A DNA stretch of 64,000 nucleotides from an uncultured Holophagales bacterium (GTDB lineage Bacteria > Acidobacteriota > Thermoanaerobaculia > Multivoradales > UBA5704), in the NCBI GenBank assembly GCA_963842525.1, contig CAWJGT010000003.1, positions 1,312,001-1,376,000 on the forward strand. The letters are read 5' to 3'. The notes beneath the pieces were generated by a model, which saw nothing but the letters and a program-made list of their open reading frames with translations, did not search any database and was not told where the DNA came from. Below, piece after piece: positions 17,670-29,451 of this stretch; the first letter of the stretch is position 1, and each line of letters starts with the position of its first letter. The position numbers and the translations under genes were made by a program.

Positions 17670-19484
17670 ATGCAGTCTTCGTCCCGGTCTTCAACCCGTC
17701 TCCCCTCCGCCCTCCTCGCCTGGGCCGTGCTCGCGATCCTGCTTCTGCTGACCCTGGTCGGCGCCTTCCGCTTCGACCGCGCCGGGCGCCCCTCCCTGGT
17801 GGGCGACGAAGCCACCTATGCCATGCAGGCGGCGAGCCTGGCCTGGGACTTCGACCTCGCCTACACGCGGGCCGACTATGACCGCTTCGTCCAGCAGTGG
17901 GGCGGGCCGCCGGACGGTCTGATCCTCCAGAGCCGGGACGGCGGGACCCATCTCACCTATGGCAAGCCGTTCCTCTACGCGCTCGCCATTGCGCCGTTCG
18001 TGCGGGCCGCCCCCGTGCGCGGCGGATTAATCGCCAACGTGCTCTTCCTGGCCGCGGCGGCGGTGCTCGCGGCCTGGACCCTGCGCAAACGCGTCGGAAA
18101 CCTCGCTCCGCTCTGGGTGGCCGTCTTCATTTTCGGCTCGGTGGCCTTCTCCTATGCCTTCTGGGTCCATGCGGACCTCTTCCTGCTGGCCACCACCGCG
18201 GCCGGCTTCGCCCTGGTGTACGGCGGCGAGCGCCCGAAGGACGACCTCTCCGAGGTCTATGAGAACGAACGGATGCGTCCGGTCTTCTGGCGCTGGCTCC
18301 TGGCCGGCCTGCTGCTCGCAGTGGCCGGCGCCTTCCGGCCCTTCTACCTGGCCCTCCTCCTGCCGGCGGCCGTCGCGGCGTTCGGAGCTGGAGGCCGCAC
18401 CCGCACCCGCAAATCATCCGCGCTCTCCGGGCTGGTCACGGGTGCGGCGCTCCTCCTCCTGATCACGGCGGCTGTCCAATGGTCTTCGGGCGGCTCCTGG
18501 AGCGGCTACGGCGGCCAGCGCCAGGGGTTCTATCCGCGCACCGGATATCCAGAAGTCGACTTCCCGGCGAGCCAGTGGCAGCAGTCCCTGGAGCGGTGGG
18601 GGAACACCTCCTGGCTCCAGGAAGGAGGGATCGCGCCGAGCTTCGACGCCAAGCTGCTCGGCTGGAACACGCTCTACTTCCTGGTAGGACAGAACGTCGG
18701 CGTCCTGCCCTACTACCTGCCGCTGCTCCTCGGATTCCTGGCCTTTGGGCGGGAGCGGGGGCGCTGGGCGCTCCCGCTCGCGGTGGCCCTGGCTGTGCTC
18801 GGCTTCTTCGTGCTGCGCCCGTTCAACTTCTATGGCGGCGGCGGCGCCATTGCGAACCGCTATTTCCTGCCCCTCTATCCGGCTTTCTGGTTCATGGCCG
18901 TCCGGCCGATCCGCCTGGTCTCGGGAGCCCTGGTCCTTGCGCTCTCGGCCGTCTTCCTCCACCCGTTCTGGCGGCATCCGACCGCATTCCCGGTGGGGGA
19001 GGACGGGCGGTATCGCCACATCTCCAGGATCGCCCGGCAGTGGCTCCCGTACGAGACCACCCAGAGCCACATCCCCGGGGGACAGGACGTGGCCGAGAAC
19101 GGCCTCTGGCTCAAGCTCCTGAACCACAACGTCTACCGCACCGAGGGCGCAGGGCGCCTGCGCCTGATCGGCAACACCACCGGCAGCCTCCTCGTCGGCA
19201 GCCCGCAGCCCATCGAAGGGGTGTACATCACCTTTGGCCCGGAGGCGCCCACGCACCTGGAGATCGAGGGCAAGGACCTCCGGCCCAGCGCGCTCCTCGC
19301 GGACGGCTCCATCACCTTCGAGGTGCCGCTCGGGAATCCCCGCGCCGTCCACCCCATGTGGTGGACCTGGGACGACTACTACCTCTATGAGCTGGACCTG
19401 CGCCTCCCCGGCGCTCCTCTGGTGCCGATCGGTGTCCAGATCCGTCCCGCCGGCGGAGATTTGATACAAAGAGGCGGGGAGTGA
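17670..19484 (+). CDS. Polytopic membrane protein, GT-C-like
   Basis: First TM segment followed by acidic GDEATY; many TM segments, GGGAIANRYFLP motif and a soluble C-terminal domain. Confidence 0.75.
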   Translation: MQSSSRSSTRLPSALLAWAVLAILLLLTLVGAFRFDRAGRPSLVGDEATYAMQAASLAWDFDLAYTRADYDRFVQQWGGPPDGLILQSRDGGTHLTYGKPFLYALAIAPFVRAAPVRGGLIANVLFLAAAAVLAAWTLRKRVGNLAPLWVAVFIFGSVAFSYAFWVHADLFLLATTAAGFALVYGGERPKDDLSEVYENERMRPVFWRWLLAGLLLAVAGAFRPFYLALLLPAAVAAFGAGGRTRTRKSSALSGLVTGAALLLLITAAVQWSSGGSWSGYGGQRQGFYPRTGYPEVDFPASQWQQSLERWGNTSWLQEGGIAPSFDAKLLGWNTLYFLVGQNVGVLPYYLPLLLGFLAFGRERGRWALPLAVALAVLGFFVLRPFNFYGGGGAIANRYFLPLYPAFWFMAVRPIRLVSGALVLALSAVFLHPFWRHPTAFPVGEDGRYRHISRIARQWLPYETTQSHIPGGQDVAENGLWLKLLNHNVYRTEGAGRLRLIGNTTGSLLVGSPQPIEGVYITFGPEAPTHLEIEGKDLRPSALLADGSITFEVPLGNPRAVHPMWWTWDDYYLYELDLRLPGAPLVPIGVQIRPAGGDLIQRGGE

Positions 19485-20077
19485 CGATGGAGCAGCAACC
19501 GAAGAGCTGGATCCTGGAGCTCCGCGACCGGCTGTCCACACCGCCGCCGAAACGCCTGCCGGCGAGCGACCTGCGGCAGGCTTCGGTCCTGGTGCCGCTC
19601 TACGTGGATGCGGGCGAGCTGTGGACCGTCCTCACCAAGCGGACCGACACCCTGCCGAGCCACCGCAGCCAGATCGCCTTCCCCGGAGGGGGCCGCGAGC
19701 TCAAGGAAGACCCCTGGGCGGCGGCGGTCCGGGAGGCGCACGAGGAGATCGGTCTCGATCCGAAGCTGGTCCTCCCCCTGGGCCACCTCGACGAGCAGGA
19801 GTCGCCCGCCGGCTTCCGGGTCATCCCCTGTGTTGGCGCGATCCCGCACAACTTCGAAGCCATCCCGAACGCCGGAGAGATCGCCGAAGTCTTCAGCCTC
19901 CCCCTGGCCGCCTTCGCCAATCCGCGGCTCGTCGAGGAGCGCACCGTCAAGATCAACGGCGTCAACCGCCAGATCCGCATCTACCACATCGGCAACCGCC
20001 AGATCTGGGGCCTGACCGCCCGCGTCCTTCAGAACCTCCTGGCCCGGTTGGGGATGGAGTCGGGGGAGGATGATTGA
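19481..20077 (+). CDS. Nudix CoA pyrophosphatase
   Basis: ASVLVPL, LTKRT, QIAFPGG...AAVREAHEEIGL and IWGLTA motifs. Confidence 0.9.
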   Translation: MTMEQQPKSWILELRDRLSTPPPKRLPASDLRQASVLVPLYVDAGELWTVLTKRTDTLPSHRSQIAFPGGGRELKEDPWAAAVREAHEEIGLDPKLVLPLGHLDEQESPAGFRVIPCVGAIPHNFEAIPNAGEIAEVFSLPLAAFANPRLVEERTVKINGVNRQIRIYHIGNRQIWGLTARVLQNLLARLGMESGEDD

Positions 20078-20109
20078 GGCCGGCGTGCTGGTGGTAGATT
20101 AGACAGATC

Positions 20110-20318
20110 ATGCTGCTCAACTACCTGAACGCCGCTCTGGATCGGGCCACGTACGAGAAGATTGAAGACGAGGAGCCCTACTACGGGGAGATTCCTGAAA
20201 TCCAGGGAGTCTGGGCGACCGGCTCGACACTCGAAGACTGCCGTCGGAACCTGGTCAAGGCCCTTGAGGACTGGGTTTTCTTCAGCATCTACCGGGGAGA
20301 GTCTGTGCCTGAGATCCT

Positions 20319-20322
<4 letters not shown>
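20110..20322 (+). CDS. HicB family antitoxin (no adjacent hicA)
   Basis: YYGEIPEIQGVWATGSTLEDCRRNL motif; 70 aa. Confidence 0.85.
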
Positions 20323-21791
<1,469 letters not shown>

Positions 21792-21828
21792 GATGAAGCG
21801 GCCCTTTGAGAGGCCCTGGCGTCCCCGG

Positions 21829-21930
21829 AGCCCGGCGATGAATCGCCGGGCTAGCAACAGCGCCCCATGAATGGGGCTTGTAGCCGGGTTCACCCGGCGC
21901 TGTTCCTAGCCCGGGCATTCATGCCCGGGC
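21829..21930. repeat. REP-like palindrome cluster
   Basis: AGCCCGGCGATGAATCGCCGGGCTA, GCCCCATGAATGGGGC, GTAGCCGGGTTCACCCGGC and TAGCCCGGGCATTCATGCCCGGGC. Confidence 0.78.
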
Positions 21931-21972
21931 GGGATCGCGCTGCCTCATCTTTGCAGAAGGAGACCCGTTCGC

Positions 21973-22863
21973 ATGCGACCGCTCTTTGCCCTGGCAATCC
22001 TGATCCTCCCTCTGGCTGCCTGCTCCGCCAGCCGCTTCCCGATTGACTCCCTGCCCGGGCGGATCGAGTGGATCGCGGCGCAGAGCAGGGGAGGCGTCTC
22101 GGTCGCCTACGAGAACTTCGGCACGGGAGCCCGGCTCGCCTTCCATGACACCGAACCTGTTCATGCCGCGAGCACGATGAAGGTGCCCGTCATGATGGCC
22201 CTCTTCGAGGCGGTCGACGCGGGGCGGCTACGGCTCGACGAGCCGGTCATGGTGCGCAACGAGTTCCCGAGCATCGTCGACGGCTCTCCCTACGCGCTCG
22301 ATCCGAAGGAGGACGGCGACTCCGACCTCTATCAGGCCCTCGGGCAGAGCCGGCCGCTGGAGGAGTTGATCCGGCGGATGATCGTCCGCAGCTCGAACCT
22401 CGCCACCAATCTTCTGATCGAGCGGATCGGCGCGAGCACCGCGACCGACCTGATGCGGCGGCTCGGCGCCTACGACATCCTGGTCCTGCGCGGTGTCGAG
22501 GATCAGAAAGCCTTTGACGCGCGGCTCAACAACCGGGTGACTGCAAAGGATCTGGCAATCGCCCTCAAGGCCGTCCTGGAGGGGGACGTCTTTTCGGAAC
22601 CCTCTCGGCAGAAGATGCTCGAGATCCTGAAGGCCCAGGAATTCAACGAGAAGATCCCGGCCGGCCTGCCCCAGGGCGTGCCGGTGGCCCACAAGACGGG
22701 CGACATCACGGCCATCCACCACGATGCTGCCATCGTCTTCCCGCCGGGCGAGAAACCGTATGTCCTGGTCGTCCTGACCTCCGGCATCCAGGACGAGAAG
22801 AAGGCGAATCAGGTCATCGCGGATGTCTCGCGGGCGGTCTGGGAGAGGCGGAGGAAACCATGA
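21973..22863 (+). CDS. Class A beta-lactamase-like serine hydrolase, lipoprotein
   Basis: Lipobox LAAC; ASTMK, SSNLATN and HKTG motifs. Confidence 0.88.
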   Translation: MRPLFALAILILPLAACSASRFPIDSLPGRIEWIAAQSRGGVSVAYENFGTGARLAFHDTEPVHAASTMKVPVMMALFEAVDAGRLRLDEPVMVRNEFPSIVDGSPYALDPKEDGDSDLYQALGQSRPLEELIRRMIVRSSNLATNLLIERIGASTATDLMRRLGAYDILVLRGVEDQKAFDARLNNRVTAKDLAIALKAVLEGDVFSEPSRQKMLEILKAQEFNEKIPAGLPQGVPVAHKTGDITAIHHDAAIVFPPGEKPYVLVVLTSGIQDEKKANQVIADVSRAVWERRRKP

Positions 22864-24248
22864 ACGAGGCGGATCTCTTGCGGCGCACGGCGAAGCTCGC
22901 CGTCGAGTTCCTGGAGGGCCTGCCGGACCGGCGCGTCGGTCCCGTGGCGTCGATCGAAGAGCTGCGGACCGCCCTCGGCGGGCCTCTGCCGGAGACTGGA
23001 GAGGATGCCCGAGCCACCGTCGAGCACCTCGCCCGGGCCGCCGATCCCGGGCTCGTAGGAATGGCCGGCCCCCGCTATTTCGGGTTCGTCATCGGGGGAC
23101 ACCTGCCCGCGACCCTGGCTGCGGACTGGCTCACCTCGACCTGGGACCAGAACGCCACGCTCTACGTCACCTCGCCCGCCAATGCGGTCGCCGAGGAGAT
23201 CGCCGCGGGCTGGCTGCTCGAGCTGCTCGGACTGCCGCCTGGGGCCAGCGTCGGGTTCGCGACAGGGGCCATGATGGCCAACTTCACCTGCCTCGCCGCA
23301 GCCCGCCATGCCGTGCTGGCCCGCACCGGTTGGGATGTCGAGCTGCGCGGCCTGTTCGCGGCGCCGGAGATCGACGTGGTCCTGGGTGACGAAGCGCACG
23401 TCACCATCCTCGCCGCCCTCCAGATGCTGGGGCTCGGCCGGGAAAGGGTGAAGCGGGTGCCGTGCGACGGCCAGGGCCGGATGCGGGCGGACGCGCTTGC
23501 GGAGGTTCTCCGCTCGTGCACGGGACCCCTGATCGTCTGCGCCCAGGCGGGCAATGTGAACACCGGCGCCTTCGATCCACTGGCCGAGATCGCCGAGGCC
23601 GTGCGGGAGTGGGGCGGCTGGCTTCACGTGGACGGCGCTTTCGGCTTGTGGGCGCGGGTGAGCCCGGAACTGGCGCACCTCGCCGCGGGAGCCGACCAGG
23701 CCGACTCCTGGGCCGTGGATGCCCACAAATGGCTCAATGTTCCTTATGACTCGGGGATCGCCATTGTGAAAGACCCCGAGCCGCACCGGGCGGCCATGAC
23801 GATCACGGCCTCCTACCTCGTCCAGACTGCCGGCCGCGAGCGCGACCCGTTCGACTGGGTTCCGGAGTTTTCCCGGCGTGCCCGAGGCTTTACGGTCTGG
23901 GCCGCCCTCCGGTCGCTCGGCCGTGCCGGCGCGGTGGGCCTCGTCGAGCGCTGCTGCGCTCTCGCCCGGCGGATGGCGGACCGGCTGCGGCAGGCCCCGG
24001 ACGTCGAGGTCCTCAACGAGGTCGTCCTGAACCAAGTGCTGATCCGTTTCCATCCACCAGGAGGCGGAGACGCCGACGCGTTCACCCGCGAGGTCATCGC
24101 CCGCGTCCAGGCGGACGGCACCTGCTGGCTCGGCGGCACCACCTGGCACGGCCTGGCCGCGATGCGGATCTCGGTGTCGAACTGGTCGACCACCGAGGAT
24201 GACGTCGACAGGTCGGCCTCGGCGATCCTGCGGGTCCTCACCCCCTAG
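22860..24248 (+). CDS. PLP-dependent group II (aromatic amino acid-type) decarboxylase
   Basis: PRYFGFVIGG, AGNVNTGAFD, WLHVDGAFG and DAHKWLNVPYD motifs. Confidence 0.92.
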   Translation: MNEADLLRRTAKLAVEFLEGLPDRRVGPVASIEELRTALGGPLPETGEDARATVEHLARAADPGLVGMAGPRYFGFVIGGHLPATLAADWLTSTWDQNATLYVTSPANAVAEEIAAGWLLELLGLPPGASVGFATGAMMANFTCLAAARHAVLARTGWDVELRGLFAAPEIDVVLGDEAHVTILAALQMLGLGRERVKRVPCDGQGRMRADALAEVLRSCTGPLIVCAQAGNVNTGAFDPLAEIAEAVREWGGWLHVDGAFGLWARVSPELAHLAAGADQADSWAVDAHKWLNVPYDSGIAIVKDPEPHRAAMTITASYLVQTAGRERDPFDWVPEFSRRARGFTVWAALRSLGRAGAVGLVERCCALARRMADRLRQAPDVEVLNEVVLNQVLIRFHPPGGGDADAFTREVIARVQADGTCWLGGTTWHGLAAMRISVSNWSTTEDDVDRSASAILRVLTP

Positions 24249-24287
24249 CCCCATACGCACTAACTTTGCTCTGGTGGGGAGGGTGGC

Positions 24288-24311
24288 CCTGGGAGCGCCG
24301 ACGCTCCCAGG
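24288..24311. repeat. REP-like hairpin of the CTGGGAGCGCCG family
   Basis: CCTGGGAGCG-CCGA-CGCTCCCAGG; related copies at about 24588, 25547 and 44967. Confidence 0.7.
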
Positions 24312-24329
24312 ATTCCAGGGCGGATCGTG

Positions 24330-24571
24330 GTGAACCGGTCGTGATTCACCGTGAACGGAGACGAGACGCCGCGAACGCGGCCGATTCATGAAGAACGAGG
24401 GCCGATTCACGGGAAACGACTTCGCGGTCACGGCGAATCGGGCCGGTTCACGGCGAATCGGGCCGAGATCATGACGAACCGCGGCCGGATCGCCGCGATG
24501 AGGGCCGGTTTATCGTGAATCAGCCCGCGTTCGCGGCAAACCAGAGCCGGTTCACCGTGAATCGGGGCCGG
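24330..24571. repeat. Degenerate tandem array of about twelve 20-21 bp units
   Basis: GYGAA...TTCAC-like units start at 24330, 24351, 24371, 24391, 24412, 24433, 24453, 24474, 24495, 24515, 24536 and 24557. Confidence 0.75.
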
Positions 24572-24728
24572 CGCCCGCCGCAGCTCTGGGCCGGCGGGAA
24601 GTCGGGCTCCCAGGATTTCCTTCGGCGCAAAGCTAGGGCTCGTCACAAAATAAGTGTCTCAATTTCGGCTCTTCAACGTGGCCTTCTAGCGAGCTGACAA
24701 GGTCTGTAATGGGACCCCAGACCGTCGT

Positions 24729-24755
24729 GTCATCCTGAGCGTAGCGAAGGATCTG
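24729..24755. repeat. REP-like element TGTCATCCTGAGCGTAGCGAAGGATCT
   Basis: Matches a widespread GTCATCCTGAGC...GAAGGATC intergenic repeat type, recognised from memory. Confidence 0.65.
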
Positions 24756-24774
24756 GGGGCAGGGAGGCTGCACG

Positions 24775-25249
24775 CCGCGGGACCATCGCGAGTCACCGCA
24801 GTGAGCGTCTATGGTCCCGTGGTGACTCCTGCCGGTCCCGCGGGACCACTGCGAGTCACCGCAGTGAGCGTCTATGGTCCCGTGGTGGCTCCTGCCGGTC
24901 CCGCGGGACCACAGCGAGCCACCGCAGTGAGCGTCCATGGTCCCGTGGTGGCTCCTGCCGGTGCCGCGGGACCACAGCGAGCCACCGCAGTGAGCGTCCA
25001 TGGTCCCGTGGTGGCTCCTGCCGGTGCCGCGGGACCACTGTGAGCCACCGCAGTGAGCGTCCCTGGTCCCGTGGTGAACCCTGCCGGTGCCGCGGGGCCA
25101 CTGGGAGCCACCGCAAGGAGCGTCCCTGGTCCCGTGGTGAACCCTGCCGGTGCCGCGGGGCCACTGGGAGCCACCGCAAGGAGCGTCCCTGGTCCCGTGG
25201 TGAACCCTGCCGGTGCCGCGGGGCCACTGGGAGTCTCCACGGGGACCAC
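24775..25249. repeat. Tandem array of about 7.5 units of 63 bp inside the MITE-like element
   Basis: GCAGTGAGCGTC-type starts at 24798, 24861, 24924, 24987, 25050, 25113 and 25176; GGTCCCG...CGGGACC palindrome in each unit. Confidence 0.93.
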
Positions 25250-25546
25250 TTGAGACTCGCGATAGAGTTGAGACAGTTAATTTGTGACGAACCCGAACGT
25301 AGTTGGTGCTCTGAGAATACCGGCGCCTTCGGGGGCCGCGCCTAGGCCCATCAGCACCAGTCTGAGCAGTTTCCGCACTCGGAATCGGGGCTGGTGAACT
25401 CTCTCGGGCAGGTGCGGCAACTTTGGCAGTTCGTGATCACCGATCCCTCGAGGACCGACGAGTACGACCTGGGGAGGAGATGGGGCTACCTATAGCTGGA
25501 ACGGCGGTGGCGTCTGGCGATGCCCAAACTACCGGCGAAGCTCTGG

Positions 25547-25571
25547 GCCGGCGGGACGCCGGCGCTCCCAG
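25547..25571. repeat. REP-like element GCCGGCGGGACGCCGGCGCTCCCAG
   Basis: Identical 25-mer at 44967-44991. Confidence 0.8.
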
Positions 25572-25609
25572 GGTTCCCTCCGGCGAAAAGTCAGCGCCTA
25601 CGGGGGTGA

Positions 25610-26272
25610 TCACCGCGGCACCGGACCCAGGATCTCCCCGTCCGGGCCGAGAGGAGGATACGGCGCCCCGTGCCGACGGCAGAGTGCCGCCAGCTTCGGA
25701 TACATCCACTCGAATAGAGTCTTCGCATAAACATCCGCATCAAGCCGCGGCTGGTCGTAGAAACCGGCGGCCCGGCGCTGGCGCTGGGCTTCGAAGAGGA
25801 GCAGAGCGGCGGCGACCGAGACGTTGAGTGAGGTCCCCATCCCCTCCATGGGGATGATGACGAGCTCGTCGGCCGCCTCCCGGGCCTCGGAGGTCACACC
25901 CCAGTCCTCGTTGCCCAGGAGGAGGGCGGTCGGGCGGAGATAGTCCACCTGGCGGAAGTCCGTGGCGCTCTCGCCAGGGTGAGCGGCCAGCAATCGCAGA
26001 CCGCGCTCGCGGAGGCGGGAGACCGCGTCGGCCAGCGTCCTGTGCTTGCGTACCGGCACCCAGCGGCGATTCCCTCCCGAGGCGGGCCGGGAGATCTGGA
26101 GCTTTCCCTTGGGCCAGACCGCGTGGACCTCGAAGACGCCCACCGCATCGGCGCTGCGCACGATGGCGGCGAGGTTGCGCGGCACTTCCACGTTTTCCAG
26201 GAGGACCGTCAGGTCCGGTTGCCTCTGATCGAGGGTCTCGCGGAGGCGGTGGAAGCGTTGGGGCGTGGACAT
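25610..26272 (-). CDS. trmH: tRNA (guanosine-18-2'-O)-methyltransferase, SpoU family
   Basis: [49 protein letters not shown] and FEAQRQR motifs. Confidence 0.9.
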   Translation of the reverse strand: MSTPQRFHRLRETLDQRQPDLTVLLENVEVPRNLAAIVRSADAVGVFEVHAVWPKGKLQISRPASGGNRRWVPVRKHRTLADAVSRLRERGLRLLAAHPGESATDFRQVDYLRPTALLLGNEDWGVTSEAREAADELVIIPMEGMGTSLNVSVAAALLLFEAQRQRRAAGFYDQPRLDADVYAKTLFEWMYPKLAALCRRHGAPYPPLGPDGEILGPVPR

Positions 26273-26344
26273 GCGTTCCTTCCGGCCATAACATACCCTG
26301 ACGGTCGCTACGGCACCGCCAGGACCGAAGGAGGAAGACCGCAC

Positions 26345-27430
26345 ATGGCCACGATGGAACGCGTTGGGAGCAGCAGCCTCGACCGGATCGCCGGTCTGCT
26401 GGGCGATGAGGCGGACAGCCTCCTGTCCTACACCTGCACAGGCATCCCCAAGGAACGGCTCATCCTGCCGGGTCCAGACCACGTCGACCGGGCGTGGGGG
26501 ACGTCCGACCGCAAGCCGCAGGTGCTCGTCAACCTGCAGCGGCTCTACGGCACCGGCCGCCTGGCGGGGACGGGCTACCTCTCGATCCTGCCGGTCGACC
26601 AGGGGGTCGAGCATTCGGCCGCGGCATCGTTCGCGCCCAACCTCGACTACCTGGAGCCGGAGAACATCGTCAAGTTCGCCATCGAGGCCGGCTGCAATGC
26701 CGTGGCTTCGACCGTCGGCGTCCTCGGTGCGATCGCCCGCAAATACGCGCACAAGATCCCGTTCATCGCCAAGCTCAACCACAACGAGCTGCTGACCTAC
26801 CCCAACCAGTACCAGCAGATCCTCTTCGGGCACGTGGAGCAGGCCTGGAACATGGGTGCGGCGGCCGTCGGCGCCACGATCTACTTTGGCTCGGAGGACG
26901 CCGGCCGCGAGATCGTCGAGATCTCCGAGGTCTTCTATCGCGCGCACGAGCTTGGCATGGCGACCGTCCTCTGGGCCTACACCCGCAACAACGCCTTCAA
27001 GAAGGACGGGGTCGATTACCACACCTCGGCCGACCTGACCGGCCAGGCGAACCACCTCGCCGCGACCATCCAGGCGGACATCGTCAAGCAGAAGCAGGCG
27101 ACGAACAACGGCGGCTACAACGCGCTCAAGTTCGGCAAGACCCACCCGAAGGTCTATGGCGAGATCGTGGCCGACCATCCGATCGACTGGAACCGCTGGC
27201 AGGTGGCGAACTGCTACCTGGGCCGCGCCGGCCTGATCAACTCGGGCGGCGAGTCCAAGGGGCAGGACGACCTGGCCCAGGCGGTGCGCACCGCGGTCAT
27301 CAACAAGCGCGCCGGCGGCTGCGGCCTGATCTCAGGACGCAAGGCCTTCCAGCGTCCCCTGAAGGAGGGCGTCGAGCTCTTCCACGCCATCCAGGACGTC
27401 TACCTCTCCGACGAGGTGACGATCGCGTAG
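26345..27430 (+). CDS. fbaB: Class I fructose-bisphosphate aldolase
   Basis: [31 protein letters not shown] and [10 protein letters not shown] motifs. Confidence 0.95.
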   Translation: MATMERVGSSSLDRIAGLLGDEADSLLSYTCTGIPKERLILPGPDHVDRAWGTSDRKPQVLVNLQRLYGTGRLAGTGYLSILPVDQGVEHSAAASFAPNLDYLEPENIVKFAIEAGCNAVASTVGVLGAIARKYAHKIPFIAKLNHNELLTYPNQYQQILFGHVEQAWNMGAAAVGATIYFGSEDAGREIVEISEVFYRAHELGMATVLWAYTRNNAFKKDGVDYHTSADLTGQANHLAATIQADIVKQKQATNNGGYNALKFGKTHPKVYGEIVADHPIDWNRWQVANCYLGRAGLINSGGESKGQDDLAQAVRTAVINKRAGGCGLISGRKAFQRPLKEGVELFHAIQDVYLSDEVTIA

Positions 27431-27432
27431 GG

Positions 27433-27585
27433 GCCCCTCACCCCCCTGGCCCCCCTCTCCCATCCGCCCTCCCGACCCGCGGGAGAGGGGGGAAGAAACG
27501 AGAAGAAATCGGTCCTTGGACAGCTTTCCTCCCCTCTCCCGGTGGGAAGGGGGGGCGGTTGGGAGAGGGGCCGGGGGTGAGGGGC
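27433..27585. repeat. Long inverted-repeat intergenic element, copy C
   Basis: GCCCCTCACCCCC...GGGGGTGAGGGGC fills the gap between two convergent stop codons. Confidence 0.85.
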
Positions 27586-28729
27586 TTAGGGCTCCAGCAG
27601 CTCCCGCAGCTCCGGCAATCGCTTTTCGGTGTCGGTCTCGCCGAGGTCCATCAGCCGTTCCAGGTAGTCGGGCTGGAACATCAGCATGGAGAGGAAGTCG
27701 GACGTCGTGCTCTCGTGGCTGCCGAGGCTGCGGGCGAGGAGGCGGAAGGGGTCGGGCAGCCGCGGCTCGTAGGCGACGGCCATCTTGCCCAGGTCGATCG
27801 AGGGGCGCAGGACCCGGATCTCCACCGATCGCATGCCGTTGCGCTCCTCGGGCGGGAGCTTCTCGATCAGCCGGTTGAGGCTCACCAGCCGCCGCACGTC
27901 TTCGTCGAGGACGTCCAGGAAGATGGAGTCCAGCAGATGGGAGAGGATCTGCGCCGCGGGCGGATAGCCCGAGATCTGCGGCCGGTCCGCCTCTTCCGAG
28001 GCTCTGCTCGTAGCGCGGCGAGACGGCGAGGATGCGGCTGGCTCCCAGGCGCAGGGCCGGGGCGAGCGGGGCCGAGAGGCGGACGCCGCCGTCGCCGTAC
28101 CAGGCGTCGCCCAGGCGCACCGCCGGGAAGACGAGCGGCAGCGCGGCCGAAGCCATCACGTGCTCGACGGTGATGCGGGTGTGGAGGCTGCGGCGCTGCG
28201 GCTGGTCCCACGGGACCATGGGCCTGCCCTGGATCCAGGTGACGGTCTGGCCGGTGGCGTAGTTGAGGGCCGTCAGGGCGATCGCCTGGAGCCTGCCCAT
28301 CTCCAGGTTGCGCTGGATGCCGATGAGCTCGCCGTCGACGGTCGTCGCGGCCCGATGGATCGTCTCGCGCAGCGGATCGGTGTCGACGAGGCCGCGTATT
28401 CCGGAGCCCTCGTCCGGGGAGGGATTCCTGGCGCCGCGCAGCCAGCGCAGAACCTCGCGCGTCAGGGCGCCGGTGTCCATCCGGAAGATGTTCTCGACGT
28501 GCAGGGCGCTCCACAGGCCCGAGAGCTCCTGAGCCGCCTCGGCCATGGAGCCGGCGAAGGCGCCGAGGAATGCGGCGTTGATCGCGCCGGCGGAGACCCC
28601 CGTGATGATCGGGAAGCGCACGTCCGGGAACCAGCGGGCCAGGGCGCGCAGAGCCCCCACCTGATAGGCGGCCCGGGCGCCGCCGCCCGAGAGGACGATC
28701 GCCAGGCCTGGGGCCTCATCCGACGGCAT
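27586..28729 (-). CDS. Patatin-like phospholipase (apparent frameshift near 27996)
   Basis: LSGGGARAAYQVG, GVSAG, ASAALP and DGG motifs; the C-terminus continues in ORF 27586..27897. Confidence 0.88.
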
Positions 28730-28832
28730 GCAGCCCTCCCCGTCTTCCTCGCTCTGGCCGCCGCGTCCGGAGACGTGGCATGATCGTAAACCGATCTCCC
28801 ATCGGCACCACTCTATCGGGAGGGGAGGCGAA

Positions 28833-29435
28833 ATGAAAACCGTCCTGACGCTCGTAGTCTTTCTGCTGGTGCTGGTCGTTGCCGGATTGGCCTTCATTTA
28901 TTCCGGGGTCTACGATGCAGCGGCTTCGACCCCCGACTCCGGCCTGATCCACTGGGTGCTCGAGACCACCCAGGAGCGCTCGGTGCACCGCCGGGCCGAG
29001 GAGGTCCCGGTGCCGGCCGCGGTCTCCAATCCAACCCCCGAGATGCTGCGCGCCGGCCTCATCCACTACCACGAGATGTGCGTCACCTGCCACGGCGCGC
29101 CCGGAGTCTCCATCTCGGAGATCGGCCAGGGGCTCAACCCCTATCCGCCCGAGCTCTCCGAGGAAGCCGGCGAAGAGGAGCCCGGCGAGCTCTTCTGGGT
29201 CGTCAAGAACGGCATCAAGATGACGGGCATGCCCGGCTTCGGGGTCACCCATGACGACGATGCGGTGTGGGCGATCGTCGCCTTCGTGCAGAGGTTGCCG
29301 AAGCTCTCGCCCGAAGAGTACCAGGCCCTGGTCCGGGAAGCCGGGCTCGAAGGGCAGGCGGGCGAGGCAGGCGCACCCGAGCACGGTCCGGCGGGGCACC
29401 ACCACGCGCCGGGCACACCCCCGCACAAGGACTGA
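28833..29435 (+). CDS. Membrane-anchored c-type cytochrome with His-rich tail
   Basis: RBS GGAGG; TM segment; CVTCHGAPG; VKNGIKMTGMPGFG; tail EHGPAGHHHAPGTPPHKD. Confidence 0.9.
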   Translation: MKTVLTLVVFLLVLVVAGLAFIYSGVYDAAASTPDSGLIHWVLETTQERSVHRRAEEVPVPAAVSNPTPEMLRAGLIHYHEMCVTCHGAPGVSISEIGQGLNPYPPELSEEAGEEEPGELFWVVKNGIKMTGMPGFGVTHDDDAVWAIVAFVQRLPKLSPEEYQALVREAGLEGQAGEAGAPEHGPAGHHHAPGTPPHKD

Positions 29436-29451
29436 TATGCTTCCGGCCGTG

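Larger units (their letters stand above)
24636..25294. mobile_element. MITE-like non-autonomous element with 27-bp terminal inverted repeats
   Basis: Left end GGGCTCGTCACAAAATAAGTGTCTCAA; right end reverse complement GGGTTCGTCACAAATTAACTGTCTCAA (24/27 identical). No transposase inside and no clear target duplication. Confidence 0.75.

Noticed and set aside
15891-19484. 1197-aa GT4-membrane protein fusion
   Set aside because: Artefact of a frameshift near 17300 that lets the frame read through a repeat element into the next gene.
21973-22863. Bona fide antibiotic resistance beta-lactamase
   Set aside because: SxxK, SxN and KTG are present, but the omega-loop ExxLN signature is not evident, so activity cannot be claimed.
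24633-25345. Repetitive ORFs (SVPGPVVNPAGAAG..., DAHCGGSLW...)
   Set aside because: They are translations of the 63-bp array in several frames, with no RBS or preferred frame.
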